This document shows, one piece after another, positions 1 through 8,697 of a stretch of 64,000 nucleotides of DNA (positions are counted from its first letter, which is position 1; each line of letters begins with the position of its first letter). The stretch lies in the NCBI GenBank assembly GCA_910577465.1, contig CAJTMM010000003.1:7450-71449 (forward strand), in the 5' to 3' direction. This DNA is from an uncultured Muribaculaceae bacterium (GTDB taxonomy: Bacteria; Bacteroidota; Bacteroidia; Bacteroidales; Muribaculaceae). The notes under the pieces are model-generated. The model saw nothing but the letters and a program-made list of their open reading frames with translations, did no database searches and had not been told where the DNA came from. The position numbers and the translations under genes are program-made.

Positions 1-774
1 GCCGCGATAGCCACCGACCTGTCCATGGGGGTGTTTGCGTTCTATGTCGTGGCTCACTTCCTGAGAAAGACCAACACGCTGCATTTCGTCAAAAACGCAT
101 TCAAATTGCACTGGCACACCGTATTGGGAATAATAGGCATAGGCGCGGCACCATCGCTGGTGAACCTCGCAAGTTGTTTCATAAACGTAATCATAAACAA
201 GAATCTGTACCACTACGGTGGCGACAATGCCGTGGCAGCGGCGGGAATATTCGTCACGTTCACGTCGCTTCTGACGATGGTGGTAGTGGGTATATGCCAG
301 GGTATGCAGCCCATAATAGGCTATAATTACGGAGCGGGCAAGATGCACCGTCTGCGCAGCGCATATATACTCGCCACGCTATGGAGCACCGGCATAGTGA
401 CAGTGGGATGCATAGCCGGTCTGGGGATGCCGTCGGTCATAGCGCGGGCATTTACGGTGGATGCAGGTCTGATTGCAGTGACTGACAATGCACTGTCGAT
501 ATCTATGAGGATGTTTTGGGTGGTGGGCTTCCAGATTGTTTCCACGACATTTTTCCAGTCGATAGGCAAAGTGGGCAAGTCGATATTCCTGAGTCTCACC
601 CGTCAAGTGATATTCCTGATACCGCTACTCATAGTACTGTCGAAGACGTTCGGGCTTGACGGGGTGTGGATGGCATTCCCCATATCGGATGCATGTGCCA
701 CGCTGGTGACGGTAGTGATGATAGTGTGGCAATTCCGCGAGATATCGCGTCAGAACAGCTTGAAAACAGTTTGA
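1..774 (+). CDS. MATE family efflux transporter, C-terminal part (5' end outside window)
   Basis: Frame 1 is open from base 1 to the TGA at 772-774. The product is a series of hydrophobic helices with segments typical of the second half of MATE pumps (QPIIGYNYGA, WMAFPISD). Confidence 0.8.
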   Translation, partial: AAIATDLSMGVFAFYVVAHFLRKTNTLHFVKNAFKLHWHTVLGIIGIGAAPSLVNLASCFINVIINKNLYHYGGDNAVAAAGIFVTFTSLLTMVVVGICQGMQPIIGYNYGAGKMHRLRSAYILATLWSTGIVTVGCIAGLGMPSVIARAFTVDAGLIAVTDNALSISMRMFWVVGFQIVSTTFFQSIGKVGKSIFLSLTRQVIFLIPLLIVLSKTFGLDGVWMAFPISDACATLVTVVMIVWQFREISRQNSLKTV

Positions 775-905
775 ATACACCCCCACGGCACATGATATGA
801 TGGCCAAGGGATAAAAAAAGCATAAAACATTTGCATATTAGTGGATTTCTGCATACATTCGCATAATTGATTAATACCCTCTGAAATACCAAAATTACAA
901 ATCTC

Positions 906-2849
906 ATGAGTTACTTGAAATTTGATAAAAACCTCATGATTAATCTCGAGCAATCCCTCATGAAGGAGATGCTGCGCACTAATCAGGCAGGGGCTTATCA
1001 CTGTACTTCAGTCGTGGACTGCAATACCCGCAAGCAGCATGGGCTATTGGTGATTCCCATCCCCGAGATGGAGAACTCATCGCATGTGTTGCTTTCGTCG
1101 ATGGACGTGTCGGTAATACAGCACGGCGCACAATTCAATTTAGGCCTCCACCGCTATCAAGGCGGCGTGTACAGCCCCAACGGACACAAATACATACGTG
1201 AATTTGATTGCGAGAGCGTGCCCCGTACCACTTACCGCGTGGGTGGCGTGATTCTGACCAAGGAAAAGATTTTCATCTCGCACGAGAACCGATTGCTAAT
1301 ACGATACACACTCGTGGAGGCTCATTCTCCCACAACCCTGCGATTCAAACCGATGCTCGCGTTCCGCGAAGTGAACCAGTTGGTAATTGCCAACGGTAAT
1401 CTAAACCAGGATTGCCCGGAGGTGCCCAACGGTGTTTCCTGTTGCCTTTATCCAGGATACCCGAATCTGTACATGCAGTTTAACCACAAGCCGCAATGGA
1501 ACTACGAACCACATTGGTACAATGGGTTTGAATATCTCAAGGACCTCGAAAGAGGTGTGCCCTATACTGAGGACCTGTGGGTACCGGGGTATTTCGAAAT
1601 TCCGATAAAAAAAGGTGAGTCGATAATATTCTCGGCAGGCACATCGGAGGTATCACCCCGCTCATTGGCTAAGATGTACGAAAATGAGATAGCCATACGT
1701 ACGTGCCGCACAAGTTTCTTCAATTGCCTGAAAAATGCCGCCAAGCAGTTCTATCTGAGAGATAAGGACGGTATGTTCATGCTTTCGGGTTACCCATGGG
1801 GTAAGATTCTGGCACGCAATACATTCATGTCGCTTCCCGGCAATACCATAGCCATAGACCACCGTGCCGATTATGAGGCAATCATGGCAACGGCACAGAA
1901 AGCACTGGAAAACTTCATAACAACCGGTCAGCTCGACAAGCGCATACAGGGTATTGACCTACCGGATATCCCATTGTGGTGCATCTGGGCGCTGCAACAG
2001 TATGCCAAGGCATACGGTGCGGAGGATTGCAAGAAGAATTACATGACGCTTGTGGGACAGATTATGGAATATCTGCTCGACAACCGTCACCCGAATCTAC
2101 AGGTAGACCAGCGTGGCATGGTACGCACCGTGGGTACCGACACGCCGGTATCGTGGATGAACGCATCGCTTTACGGTAAGCCGGTGGTGCCGCGTACGGG
2201 CTATCTCGTGGAATTCAATGCGTTGTGGTACAATGCTCTGATGTTTGCCATTTCGCTCACAGAAGGCGAAGCGGCATATACATCCATGCGTGAGCTTATG
2301 CTACAGACGGTAGAGACACTGAAGCCAGCGTTTATCGATACATTCCTCAATGATTACGGCTATCTGTTTGACTACGTCAATGACAATTATGCCGACCCGT
2401 CGGTGCGTCCAAATATGGCCGTTGCCATAGGATTGGACTATTCTCCACTCGACCGTCGTCAGCGCAAACGCGTGCTTGACGTGGTAACGCGTGAGCTGTT
2501 GACGCCCAAGGGATTGCGCACGTTATCACCGAAGAGTTTCGGTTATCGTCCGTCGTACCTCGGTTCGCCCGAGGAGCGTGAGATGGCGTTGCACAACGGT
2601 CCCGCCCGTCCGTGGCTGTTCGGATTCTATGCCGATGCCTATCTGCGTGTGTTCGGACATAGCGGCGTGAGCTACATAGACCGTATGCTCATAGGCTACG
2701 AGGATGAAATGACGCAAGGCTGCATAGGCTCATTGTCGCAACTTTACGACGGTAACCCACCGTTCTCGGGACGCGGAGCCATAAGCCATGCCACCAATGT
2801 TGCCGGAATATTGCGCACAATCAAGACACTTAAAAAATTTAATATCTAA
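906..2849 (+). CDS. glycogen debranching enzyme (amylo-alpha-1,6-glucosidase family, bacterial/archaeal type)
   Basis: 647-aa ORF with an ATG start. The sequence resembles GDE_N/GDE_C-type debranching enzymes. It is followed by GT4 and GH57 genes in the same orientation. Confidence 0.85.
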   Translation: MSYLKFDKNLMINLEQSLMKEMLRTNQAGAYHCTSVVDCNTRKQHGLLVIPIPEMENSSHVLLSSMDVSVIQHGAQFNLGLHRYQGGVYSPNGHKYIREFDCESVPRTTYRVGGVILTKEKIFISHENRLLIRYTLVEAHSPTTLRFKPMLAFREVNQLVIANGNLNQDCPEVPNGVSCCLYPGYPNLYMQFNHKPQWNYEPHWYNGFEYLKDLERGVPYTEDLWVPGYFEIPIKKGESIIFSAGTSEVSPRSLAKMYENEIAIRTCRTSFFNCLKNAAKQFYLRDKDGMFMLSGYPWGKILARNTFMSLPGNTIAIDHRADYEAIMATAQKALENFITTGQLDKRIQGIDLPDIPLWCIWALQQYAKAYGAEDCKKNYMTLVGQIMEYLLDNRHPNLQVDQRGMVRTVGTDTPVSWMNASLYGKPVVPRTGYLVEFNALWYNALMFAISLTEGEAAYTSMRELMLQTVETLKPAFIDTFLNDYGYLFDYVNDNYADPSVRPNMAVAIGLDYSPLDRRQRKRVLDVVTRELLTPKGLRTLSPKSFGYRPSYLGSPEEREMALHNGPARPWLFGFYADAYLRVFGHSGVSYIDRMLIGYEDEMTQGCIGSLSQLYDGNPPFSGRGAISHATNVAGILRTIKTLKKFNI

Positions 2850-2864
2850 TACCCGCCACCACGC

Positions 2865-4130
2865 ATGAAAGCTTTAATGTTCGGGTGGGAATTTCCACCT
2901 CATATCCTCGGCGGTCTCGGCACTGCCAGCTACGGACTCACTAAAGGCATGTGGGAATGTGGCGACATGGACATATCGTTCGTCATACCCAAACCTTGGG
3001 GTGACGAAGACAAAAGTTTCGCACATATAATAGGAGCATCGCAAGTACCTATCGCTTGGCGCGATGTAAGCCGTGAGTATGTGGAACAGCGCATAGGAAA
3101 GTACATGAATCCGGATTTGTACTTCAATCTGCGTTCACATATCTACGCCGATTTCAACTATATGCGCACCAACGATCTGGGATGTCTTGAATTCTCGGGA
3201 CGCTATCCCGACAACCTGCTGGAGGAAATAAACAATTACTCCATCTGTGCCGGTGTGATAGCGCGCACTCTTGACTTCGATATCATACACTCACACGACT
3301 GGCTCACCTATCCCGCCGGCATACATGCCAAGCAGGTTACCGGCAAGCCGTTGGTGATACATGTGCATGCCACGGACTTTGACCGTTCGCGCGGCAATGT
3401 TAATCCGACAGTGTTCGGTATCGAAAAGGATGGTATGACGCAAGCCGACCACATCATCACCGTAAGTAACCTAACACGGAATACGGTGATTGAAAAGTAT
3501 GGCATAGACCCCGCCAAGGTGACTACTGTACATAATGCGGTGACTCCGCTGAGCGATGAACTGCTCAATGTACAGGCTACGAAACCGAAGGAAAAGGTAG
3601 TGACATTCCTGGGTCGAATCACCATGCAGAAAGGACCGGAATACTTCGTGGAAGCAGCCGCCAAAGTATTGAAAAACAACCACAACGTGCGTTTCGTGAT
3701 GGCAGGAAGCGGTGACATGATGGACAAGATGATCATGCTTGCCGCCGAACGCGGTATAGCCGACCGTTTCCATTTCCCGGGATTCCAAAAAGGAAAACAA
3801 GTTTACGAGATGCTTAAGGCAAGCGATGTCTACATCATGCCGTCGGTATCCGAACCATTCGGCATATCTCCGCTCGAAGCCATGCAGATGGGCGTGCCGT
3901 CCATCATATCCAAACAGAGCGGATGTGCTGAAATTCTCGACAATGTGATTAAAACCGATTATTGGGACATAGACGCCATGGCCGATGCCATTCACTCCAT
4001 CATCACCTACCCTGCCATGTACAACCAATTGCGCGAGGACGGGCTTGATGAAGTGAACCGTATTACATGGGACAAGGCCGGCGCCAAGGTGATAGACATA
4101 TACCGCAAGGTGATAGCCGACCGCCAGTAA
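2865..4130 (+). CDS. GT4-family glycosyltransferase (putative alpha-glucan/glycogen synthase)
   Basis: 421-aa ORF. It has a Glycos_transf_1-type C-terminal half with an E-x7-E motif (SEPFGISPLEAM) and an N-terminal GGLG motif. It lies in a glycogen-gene context. Confidence 0.85.
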   Translation: MKALMFGWEFPPHILGGLGTASYGLTKGMWECGDMDISFVIPKPWGDEDKSFAHIIGASQVPIAWRDVSREYVEQRIGKYMNPDLYFNLRSHIYADFNYMRTNDLGCLEFSGRYPDNLLEEINNYSICAGVIARTLDFDIIHSHDWLTYPAGIHAKQVTGKPLVIHVHATDFDRSRGNVNPTVFGIEKDGMTQADHIITVSNLTRNTVIEKYGIDPAKVTTVHNAVTPLSDELLNVQATKPKEKVVTFLGRITMQKGPEYFVEAAAKVLKNNHNVRFVMAGSGDMMDKMIMLAAERGIADRFHFPGFQKGKQVYEMLKASDVYIMPSVSEPFGISPLEAMQMGVPSIISKQSGCAEILDNVIKTDYWDIDAMADAIHSIITYPAMYNQLREDGLDEVNRITWDKAGAKVIDIYRKVIADRQ

Positions 4131-4185
4131 CCAATAGCAAGCATCTTATAAAATTTAAAAATCCTCTATCCAGATATTCAACATC

Positions 4186-5661
4186 ATGAAAGCAATCTGT
4201 TTTTATTTTCAAATCCATCAACCGTTCCGCCTTAAAAGATACCGCTTTTTCGATATAGGTAACGACCACTATTATTACGATGACTTCTCCAACGATGATA
4301 TCGTAACCCGCATAGCCCAACACAGCTACATACCGGCAGCCGAAAGTCTGCTTCGCATGTTGGAGCAATACCCCAATTTCCGTTGCGCACTCTCCATCAC
4401 AGGCGTGGCATTGGAACAGTGCGAACAATATGTACCCGAATTCATAGACCTGCTCAAGAAACTCGCGGCTACCGGCCGTGTGGAATTCCTTGCAGAGACA
4501 TACGCCCACTCACTGTCATCGCTCATAGACCCTGAGGAATTTATCAATCAGGTAAAGGTGCACAACGACAAAATTGAGGAACTTTTCGGTGTGAAACCCA
4601 AAGTTCTCCGCAATACCGAGCTTGTGTACTGCGATGAAATGGCTCCTATGATTCTCAATATGGGCTACAAGGGTGTAATCACCGAAGGCGCCAAACATAT
4701 CTTAGGATGGAAATCGCCCAACTACGTGTACAGCGCCGCATCGGCACCCAAGCTAAAGATATTGCTGCGTAATGCCAAACTGAGCGACGATATAGCAAAG
4801 CGCTTCAGCAATACCGAATGGGACGCATATCCATTGACCGCCGACAAATATATGGACTGGATTGCATCGACACCCGCCGAGGAACAGATAATCAACCTGT
4901 TCATGAATCTTGAGACATTCGGTGAATTCCAGACCCGCGACACCGGTATATTCCAATTCCTTGAAGCTCTACCCTACTTTGCCAAGGAACGCGGTGTGGA
5001 ATTCTGGACTCCGTCCGACGCCATATCCAAACTGAAACCGGTAGGAGAATTGTCGATAATGCACCCCATATCCTGGACCGACGAATCGCGTGACACTTCA
5101 GCATGGTTGGGCAATAAGCTCCAGAACGAAGCATTCGAGAAACTTTATTCCGTATCGGAACGTGTGCGTCTGTGCGATGACCGCCGTTTGAAACAGGACT
5201 GGTACTATCTTCAGGCTGCCGACCACCTGTTCTATATGGCGACAAAACATTTCGCCGACGGTGCCGCTCATTCCAACTTCAGCCCATACGAAACTCCGTT
5301 CCAAGCATTTACCAATTATATGAATGTGCTTGCCGACTTCATAGTGCGCGTGGAAGAACAGTATCCACTGTCAATTGAAAACGAAGAGCTCAACGCCCTT
5401 CTCACCACTATCCGTAATCAAGAACGCGAAATAGAAACCCTCAACAAAGAAGTGACCTCCATGCGCAAAAACATAGAGCACTTCAATGAGGAACACCTGC
5501 TTCGCGAGAAGAAAGCAAATCAGGAGGAATCCGCGTCAGATGAACCCGTAGCGGAAAAAGCTTCAAAGAAACCTGCTTGCAAGCCCAAAGCCGCTTGCAA
5601 AACAAAAGCCACTGCTACCAAAAAAGAATCCAAACCTAAGGCTACTGCCAAGAAAAAGTAA
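4186..5661 (+). CDS. GH57 family glycoside hydrolase (alpha-amylase / 4-alpha-glucanotransferase-like) with a lysine-rich C-terminal tail
   Basis: 491-aa ORF. The N-terminus (FYFQIHQPFRLKRY) is typical of GH57. The C-terminal ~95 aa are a heptad-like segment plus a K/A/P-rich tail. Confidence 0.85.
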   Translation: MKAICFYFQIHQPFRLKRYRFFDIGNDHYYYDDFSNDDIVTRIAQHSYIPAAESLLRMLEQYPNFRCALSITGVALEQCEQYVPEFIDLLKKLAATGRVEFLAETYAHSLSSLIDPEEFINQVKVHNDKIEELFGVKPKVLRNTELVYCDEMAPMILNMGYKGVITEGAKHILGWKSPNYVYSAASAPKLKILLRNAKLSDDIAKRFSNTEWDAYPLTADKYMDWIASTPAEEQIINLFMNLETFGEFQTRDTGIFQFLEALPYFAKERGVEFWTPSDAISKLKPVGELSIMHPISWTDESRDTSAWLGNKLQNEAFEKLYSVSERVRLCDDRRLKQDWYYLQAADHLFYMATKHFADGAAHSNFSPYETPFQAFTNYMNVLADFIVRVEEQYPLSIENEELNALLTTIRNQEREIETLNKEVTSMRKNIEHFNEEHLLREKKANQEESASDEPVAEKASKKPACKPKAACKTKATATKKESKPKATAKKK

Positions 5662-5684
5662 CCTCGGGATAAATATCTCCATAT

Positions 5685-5730
5685 AACAAGGCACGCCACA
5701 TAAACCATGGGCGTGCCTTGTTGTTTTTTT
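5685..5730 (+). terminator. rho-independent terminator after the GH57 gene (possibly bidirectional)
   Basis: A 13-bp perfect stem (5685-5697 pairs with 5710-5722) with a 12-nt loop, followed by GTTTTTTT. Confidence 0.75.
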
Positions 5731-5807
5731 GTAGACAGTCAATATCGGGACCGGTCGGCAACGATTACGGTACAACGGCAAGAAGCGACCATTTCAACCG
5801 TGGAACA

Positions 5808-6158
5808 TCAATCAAGTAACCTATCGCGGATTACTACGGCATTATTATGTACACGGTCGTGTGAACCGAACAGCAATGTCACAGTTCCAAACTTCATCAT
5901 ACGCGACTTAAAATCAGCAAACGCGGCATTATCATCAAGTTCTTTTCCATAACGCGTGGCAAATTCGTTCCAACGATTATCCGGGTCGGCATGAAACCAC
6001 TCCCTCAACAGGTCCGACGGTGCAAATTGCTTATCCCATTCATCATAATGGAATGTGGCATGGCTAAGTCCACGGGGCCACAATTTATCCACAAACACCC
6101 TGTAGCCGTCGTCAGGCTGTTGCGGGTCGTAAGCACGTTTTAAATTTACGGTGAGCAT
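5808..6158 (-). CDS. DUF488 family protein (YeaO-like)
   Basis: The translation from the ATG at 6158 (MLTVNLKRAYDPQQPDDGYRVFVDKLWPRG...HNNAVV) matches the ~115-aa YeaO-type DUF488 pattern. The longer 160-aa ORF in the track starts at a GTG inside a terminator hairpin. Confidence 0.8.
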   Translation of the reverse strand: MLTVNLKRAYDPQQPDDGYRVFVDKLWPRGLSHATFHYDEWDKQFAPSDLLREWFHADPDNRWNEFATRYGKELDDNAAFADFKSRMMKFGTVTLLFGSHDRVHNNAVVIRDRLLD

Positions 6159-6244
6159 ATCAATAAATATAATACCAGTTATTGATATAATAACAATTCT
6201 TGCTACCGATTTATCGATTATGCCATAAAAGATATGCCATAAAG

Positions 6245-6512
6245 AAACCGGCGGCACCAAATTAATGGCACCGCCGGCTATGTGAGCCACACCAAAGGAT
6301 GCGATGAAACTCCGGATGACAGGATTTGAGCGCTCGCCGACCTTTGTAATCCGCCTGGGCTAATTAAGCCTCCTCTTTCGAGAATGGGGCCCGCCATTGG
6401 ACGACTAAGCTTGTCTCGGTATTTCACGTGTAATTGATGAGTTTCCCAATCAACTTTGATGTGGTATGTCAATGTTCGTTTCTTATATCAGAAGCCTTAT
6501 CCGTGCTTCATT
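6245..6512 (-). ncRNA. candidate structured small RNA or cis-leader of unknown class
   Basis: A minus-strand TTTG-N20-TAACTTTG promoter lies upstream (-7 box at 6522-6529). An 11-bp minus-strand terminator hairpin (6248-6277, two G-U pairs valid only on the minus strand) is followed by TTTCTTT. There are two long-range helices: 6454-6464 with 6287-6297 (11 bp), and 6439-6445 with 6306-6312 (7 bp). A GAAA-tetraloop hairpin is also present. Confidence 0.35.
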
Positions 6513-6521
6513 TGTATAACG

Positions 6522-6529
6522 CAAAGTTA
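6522..6529 (-). promoter_or_regulatory. -7 box TAACTTTG (Bacteroidetes TAnnTTTG consensus) for the RNA candidate
   Basis: The reverse complement of 6522-6529 is TAACTTTG, with a TTTG 20 nt upstream on the same strand. Confidence 0.45.
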
Positions 6530-6782
6530 TATACGGAGGTTCAAAAATCCAAATATTTTGTGTATTTTTTCGCGTCTAAAAATATTGATTACACCAATAT
6601 TTTTATGTCGTGACAGCAACATGCGTGGCTATCACCGAATTATAGTATATTCAGGCGGGCGGTTCACCTTATCTTAAATCCCGGCACAAAAAAAATACAC
6701 TGCTTATTGCAACTTTTCATGATGATACTGCGTCAAACCTATAGAAACATAAAAAACGAAGCCCGTCACAATTCATCGCACT

Positions 6783-7454
6783 ATGATAATAGAACTGAAA
6801 GATGTAAACAAAACATATCCGGGAGCAGTGCCGCTGCATGTACTCAAAGGCATAAATCTGAATATCGACCGAGGTGAACTCGTTTCCATAATGGGCGCAT
6901 CAGGATCCGGAAAGTCAACCCTACTCAATATAATAGGCATACTCGACAACTACGATTCGGGACAATACATTCTCGATGGCGTGGAGATTAAGAATTTAAG
7001 CGAGAACCGTGCAGCAGAATTGCGCAACCGCATGATTGGATTTGTGTTCCAGTCATTCAACCTCATCAACTATAAGAATGCGGTGGAGAATGTGGCACTG
7101 CCATTGTTCTATCAGGGAATTTCACGCAAAAAACGCAATATGCTCGCCATGGAACAATTGGAACGCATGGGACTTGCCGACAGGGCACACCACCTCCCGA
7201 GCGAAATGTCGGGTGGACAGAAGCAACGAGTTGCCATAGCCCGCGCCCTGATTACCAATCCATCACTCATCCTTGCCGATGAGCCTACCGGTGCCCTTGA
7301 CTCCAAGACCTCTAAAGACGTGATGGAGGTGTTCCGCCAACTCAATGCCGATGGCATGACCATAGTCATAGTCACACACGACCCGGGAGTAGGTCAGCAA
7401 ACCAACCGCATAATCCGTATATCCGACGGCATAATCACACCCGACAATGTTTGA
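6783..7454 (+). CDS. ABC transporter ATP-binding protein (MacB/LolD-type)
   Basis: Walker A (GASGSGKST), signature (LSGGQKQRVAIARA) and Walker B (ILADEPTGALD) motifs. It overlaps the next gene by 8 nt. Confidence 0.92.
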   Translation: MIIELKDVNKTYPGAVPLHVLKGINLNIDRGELVSIMGASGSGKSTLLNIIGILDNYDSGQYILDGVEIKNLSENRAAELRNRMIGFVFQSFNLINYKNAVENVALPLFYQGISRKKRNMLAMEQLERMGLADRAHHLPSEMSGGQKQRVAIARALITNPSLILADEPTGALDSKTSKDVMEVFRQLNADGMTIVIVTHDPGVGQQTNRIIRISDGIITPDNV

Positions 7455-8667
7455 TCTGATTCGCGAAATAGGACAGACCATGCGCAACAATAAGCTGCGC
7501 ACGGCACTTACCGGATTTGCCGTAGCCTGGGGTATATTCATGCTCATAATACTGCTCGGTATGAGCCGTGGTGTGTACAACAACTTCACATCGTTTGCCT
7601 CAGCCGACAACTCCAACTCCTTAGGCATCTGGGGAGGATGGACCGGTAAACCGTATAAAGGTTACAAAGAGGGACGCCCGATAAGACTTGAAGAAACCGA
7701 CCTGCAAAGCGTAGAGCACCACAACCCCGACAATGTCAGTTCGGCACAAGGATCAGTGGTTCTCGACTCAGCCCAGATATCAACCAACCGCGACTATGTC
7801 AGCGACCCCATCTATGGCCGTTATCCCGACGAGGTGCGGTATGCCAAACTCAAGATGGCATACGGACGATTTCTCAACCAACCTGACCTTGACCATAGAC
7901 GCAAGGTAGTGGTACTGTCACGAGCCAACGCAAAAATCCTGTTTGGCGATGAATCAAAAGCCGTAGGTCAATATGTCAAAGCCATGTCACTTGCCTGGCA
8001 GGTAATCGGGGTGTATGACCACGATTGGGAGAAAGGGAGCTATGTGCCCTTCACTACCGCAATGATGCTCAACGGCAACGACGGTCGCCTGTCGGAGATG
8101 ATGGTACGAATAAAAAATGTGCACAATACCGAAGAGGGCACACAAGTGGAACAAGCCGTGCGCCACACACTTGCCGCCAACCACGAATTTGCCCCCGATG
8201 ACACCGGAGCCGTACACATCTGGAACCGGTTCAATAATTACCTCACCAACATGGAGGCCACCAACATACTCAACGTGGCTATATGGATTATAGGACTGCT
8301 CACCATGTTATCCGGTATAGTGGGAGTAAGCAACATCATGTTTGTATCGGTGCGCGAACGCACACACGAGATAGGCATACGCCGTGCCATCGGAGCAAAA
8401 CCGCGCAACATCCTCATACAGATAGTCACCGAGAGTGTCGCCATAACCACATTGTTTGGATATATAGGAATCGTCTGCGGTACCATAGTAACAGGAACTG
8501 TTGCAAAACTTACCGAGGGGACGGACTTTCTTAAAAACCCCACCGTCAACCTATCCATAGCTATCCAGGTAACAATAGTGCTTATCATAGCCGGAGCGTT
8601 TGCCGGTCTATTCCCGGCAATAAAAGCCACCAAAGTAAAACCGGTCGAGGCATTGCGCGACGAATAA
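7447..8667 (+). CDS. ABC transporter permease (FtsX/MacB-like)
   Basis: 406 aa with MacB_PCD-like periplasmic region and a C-terminal FtsX domain (ERTHEIGIRRAIGAKPRNI). Confidence 0.9.
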   Translation: MFDLIREIGQTMRNNKLRTALTGFAVAWGIFMLIILLGMSRGVYNNFTSFASADNSNSLGIWGGWTGKPYKGYKEGRPIRLEETDLQSVEHHNPDNVSSAQGSVVLDSAQISTNRDYVSDPIYGRYPDEVRYAKLKMAYGRFLNQPDLDHRRKVVVLSRANAKILFGDESKAVGQYVKAMSLAWQVIGVYDHDWEKGSYVPFTTAMMLNGNDGRLSEMMVRIKNVHNTEEGTQVEQAVRHTLAANHEFAPDDTGAVHIWNRFNNYLTNMEATNILNVAIWIIGLLTMLSGIVGVSNIMFVSVRERTHEIGIRRAIGAKPRNILIQIVTESVAITTLFGYIGIVCGTIVTGTVAKLTEGTDFLKNPTVNLSIAIQVTIVLIIAGAFAGLFPAIKATKVKPVEALRDE

Positions 8668-8697
8668 TCAACAACCAGCCACATTACCACCCACGAG

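Noticed and set aside
6159-6290. A 44-codon N-terminal extension of the DUF488 ORF (GTG at 6290), as drawn in the ORF track.
   Set aside because: YeaO-type DUF488 proteins are ~115 aa and align from the internal ATG at 6158. The extension would start inside the terminator hairpin and run through the direct repeats.
6351-6360. A plus-strand CCGCCTGGGC that recalls the 3' pseudoknot box of the ZTP (pfl) riboswitch.
   Set aside because: The 5' sub-domain consensus (GGGTCGTGACTGGCG-like) is absent upstream. The helices and terminator in this region are stable only on the minus strand. The downstream plus-strand genes are an efflux operon, not purine or folate genes.
6278-6472. A 64-aa minus-strand ORF (TTG start) inside the RNA-candidate region.
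   Set aside because: It has a non-ATG start, no recognisable protein features, and ends inside the stem of the 11-bp long-range helix. The region is better explained by RNA structure. Translation is not excluded and is listed as a refutation test.
8368-8393. A 26-nt stretch identical to 9643-9668 (GAGATAGGCATACGCCGTGCCATCGG).
   Set aside because: It falls on the most conserved motif of two paralogous FtsX permease genes, in the same frame. That points to paralog conservation or local gene conversion rather than a mobile or regulatory repeat.
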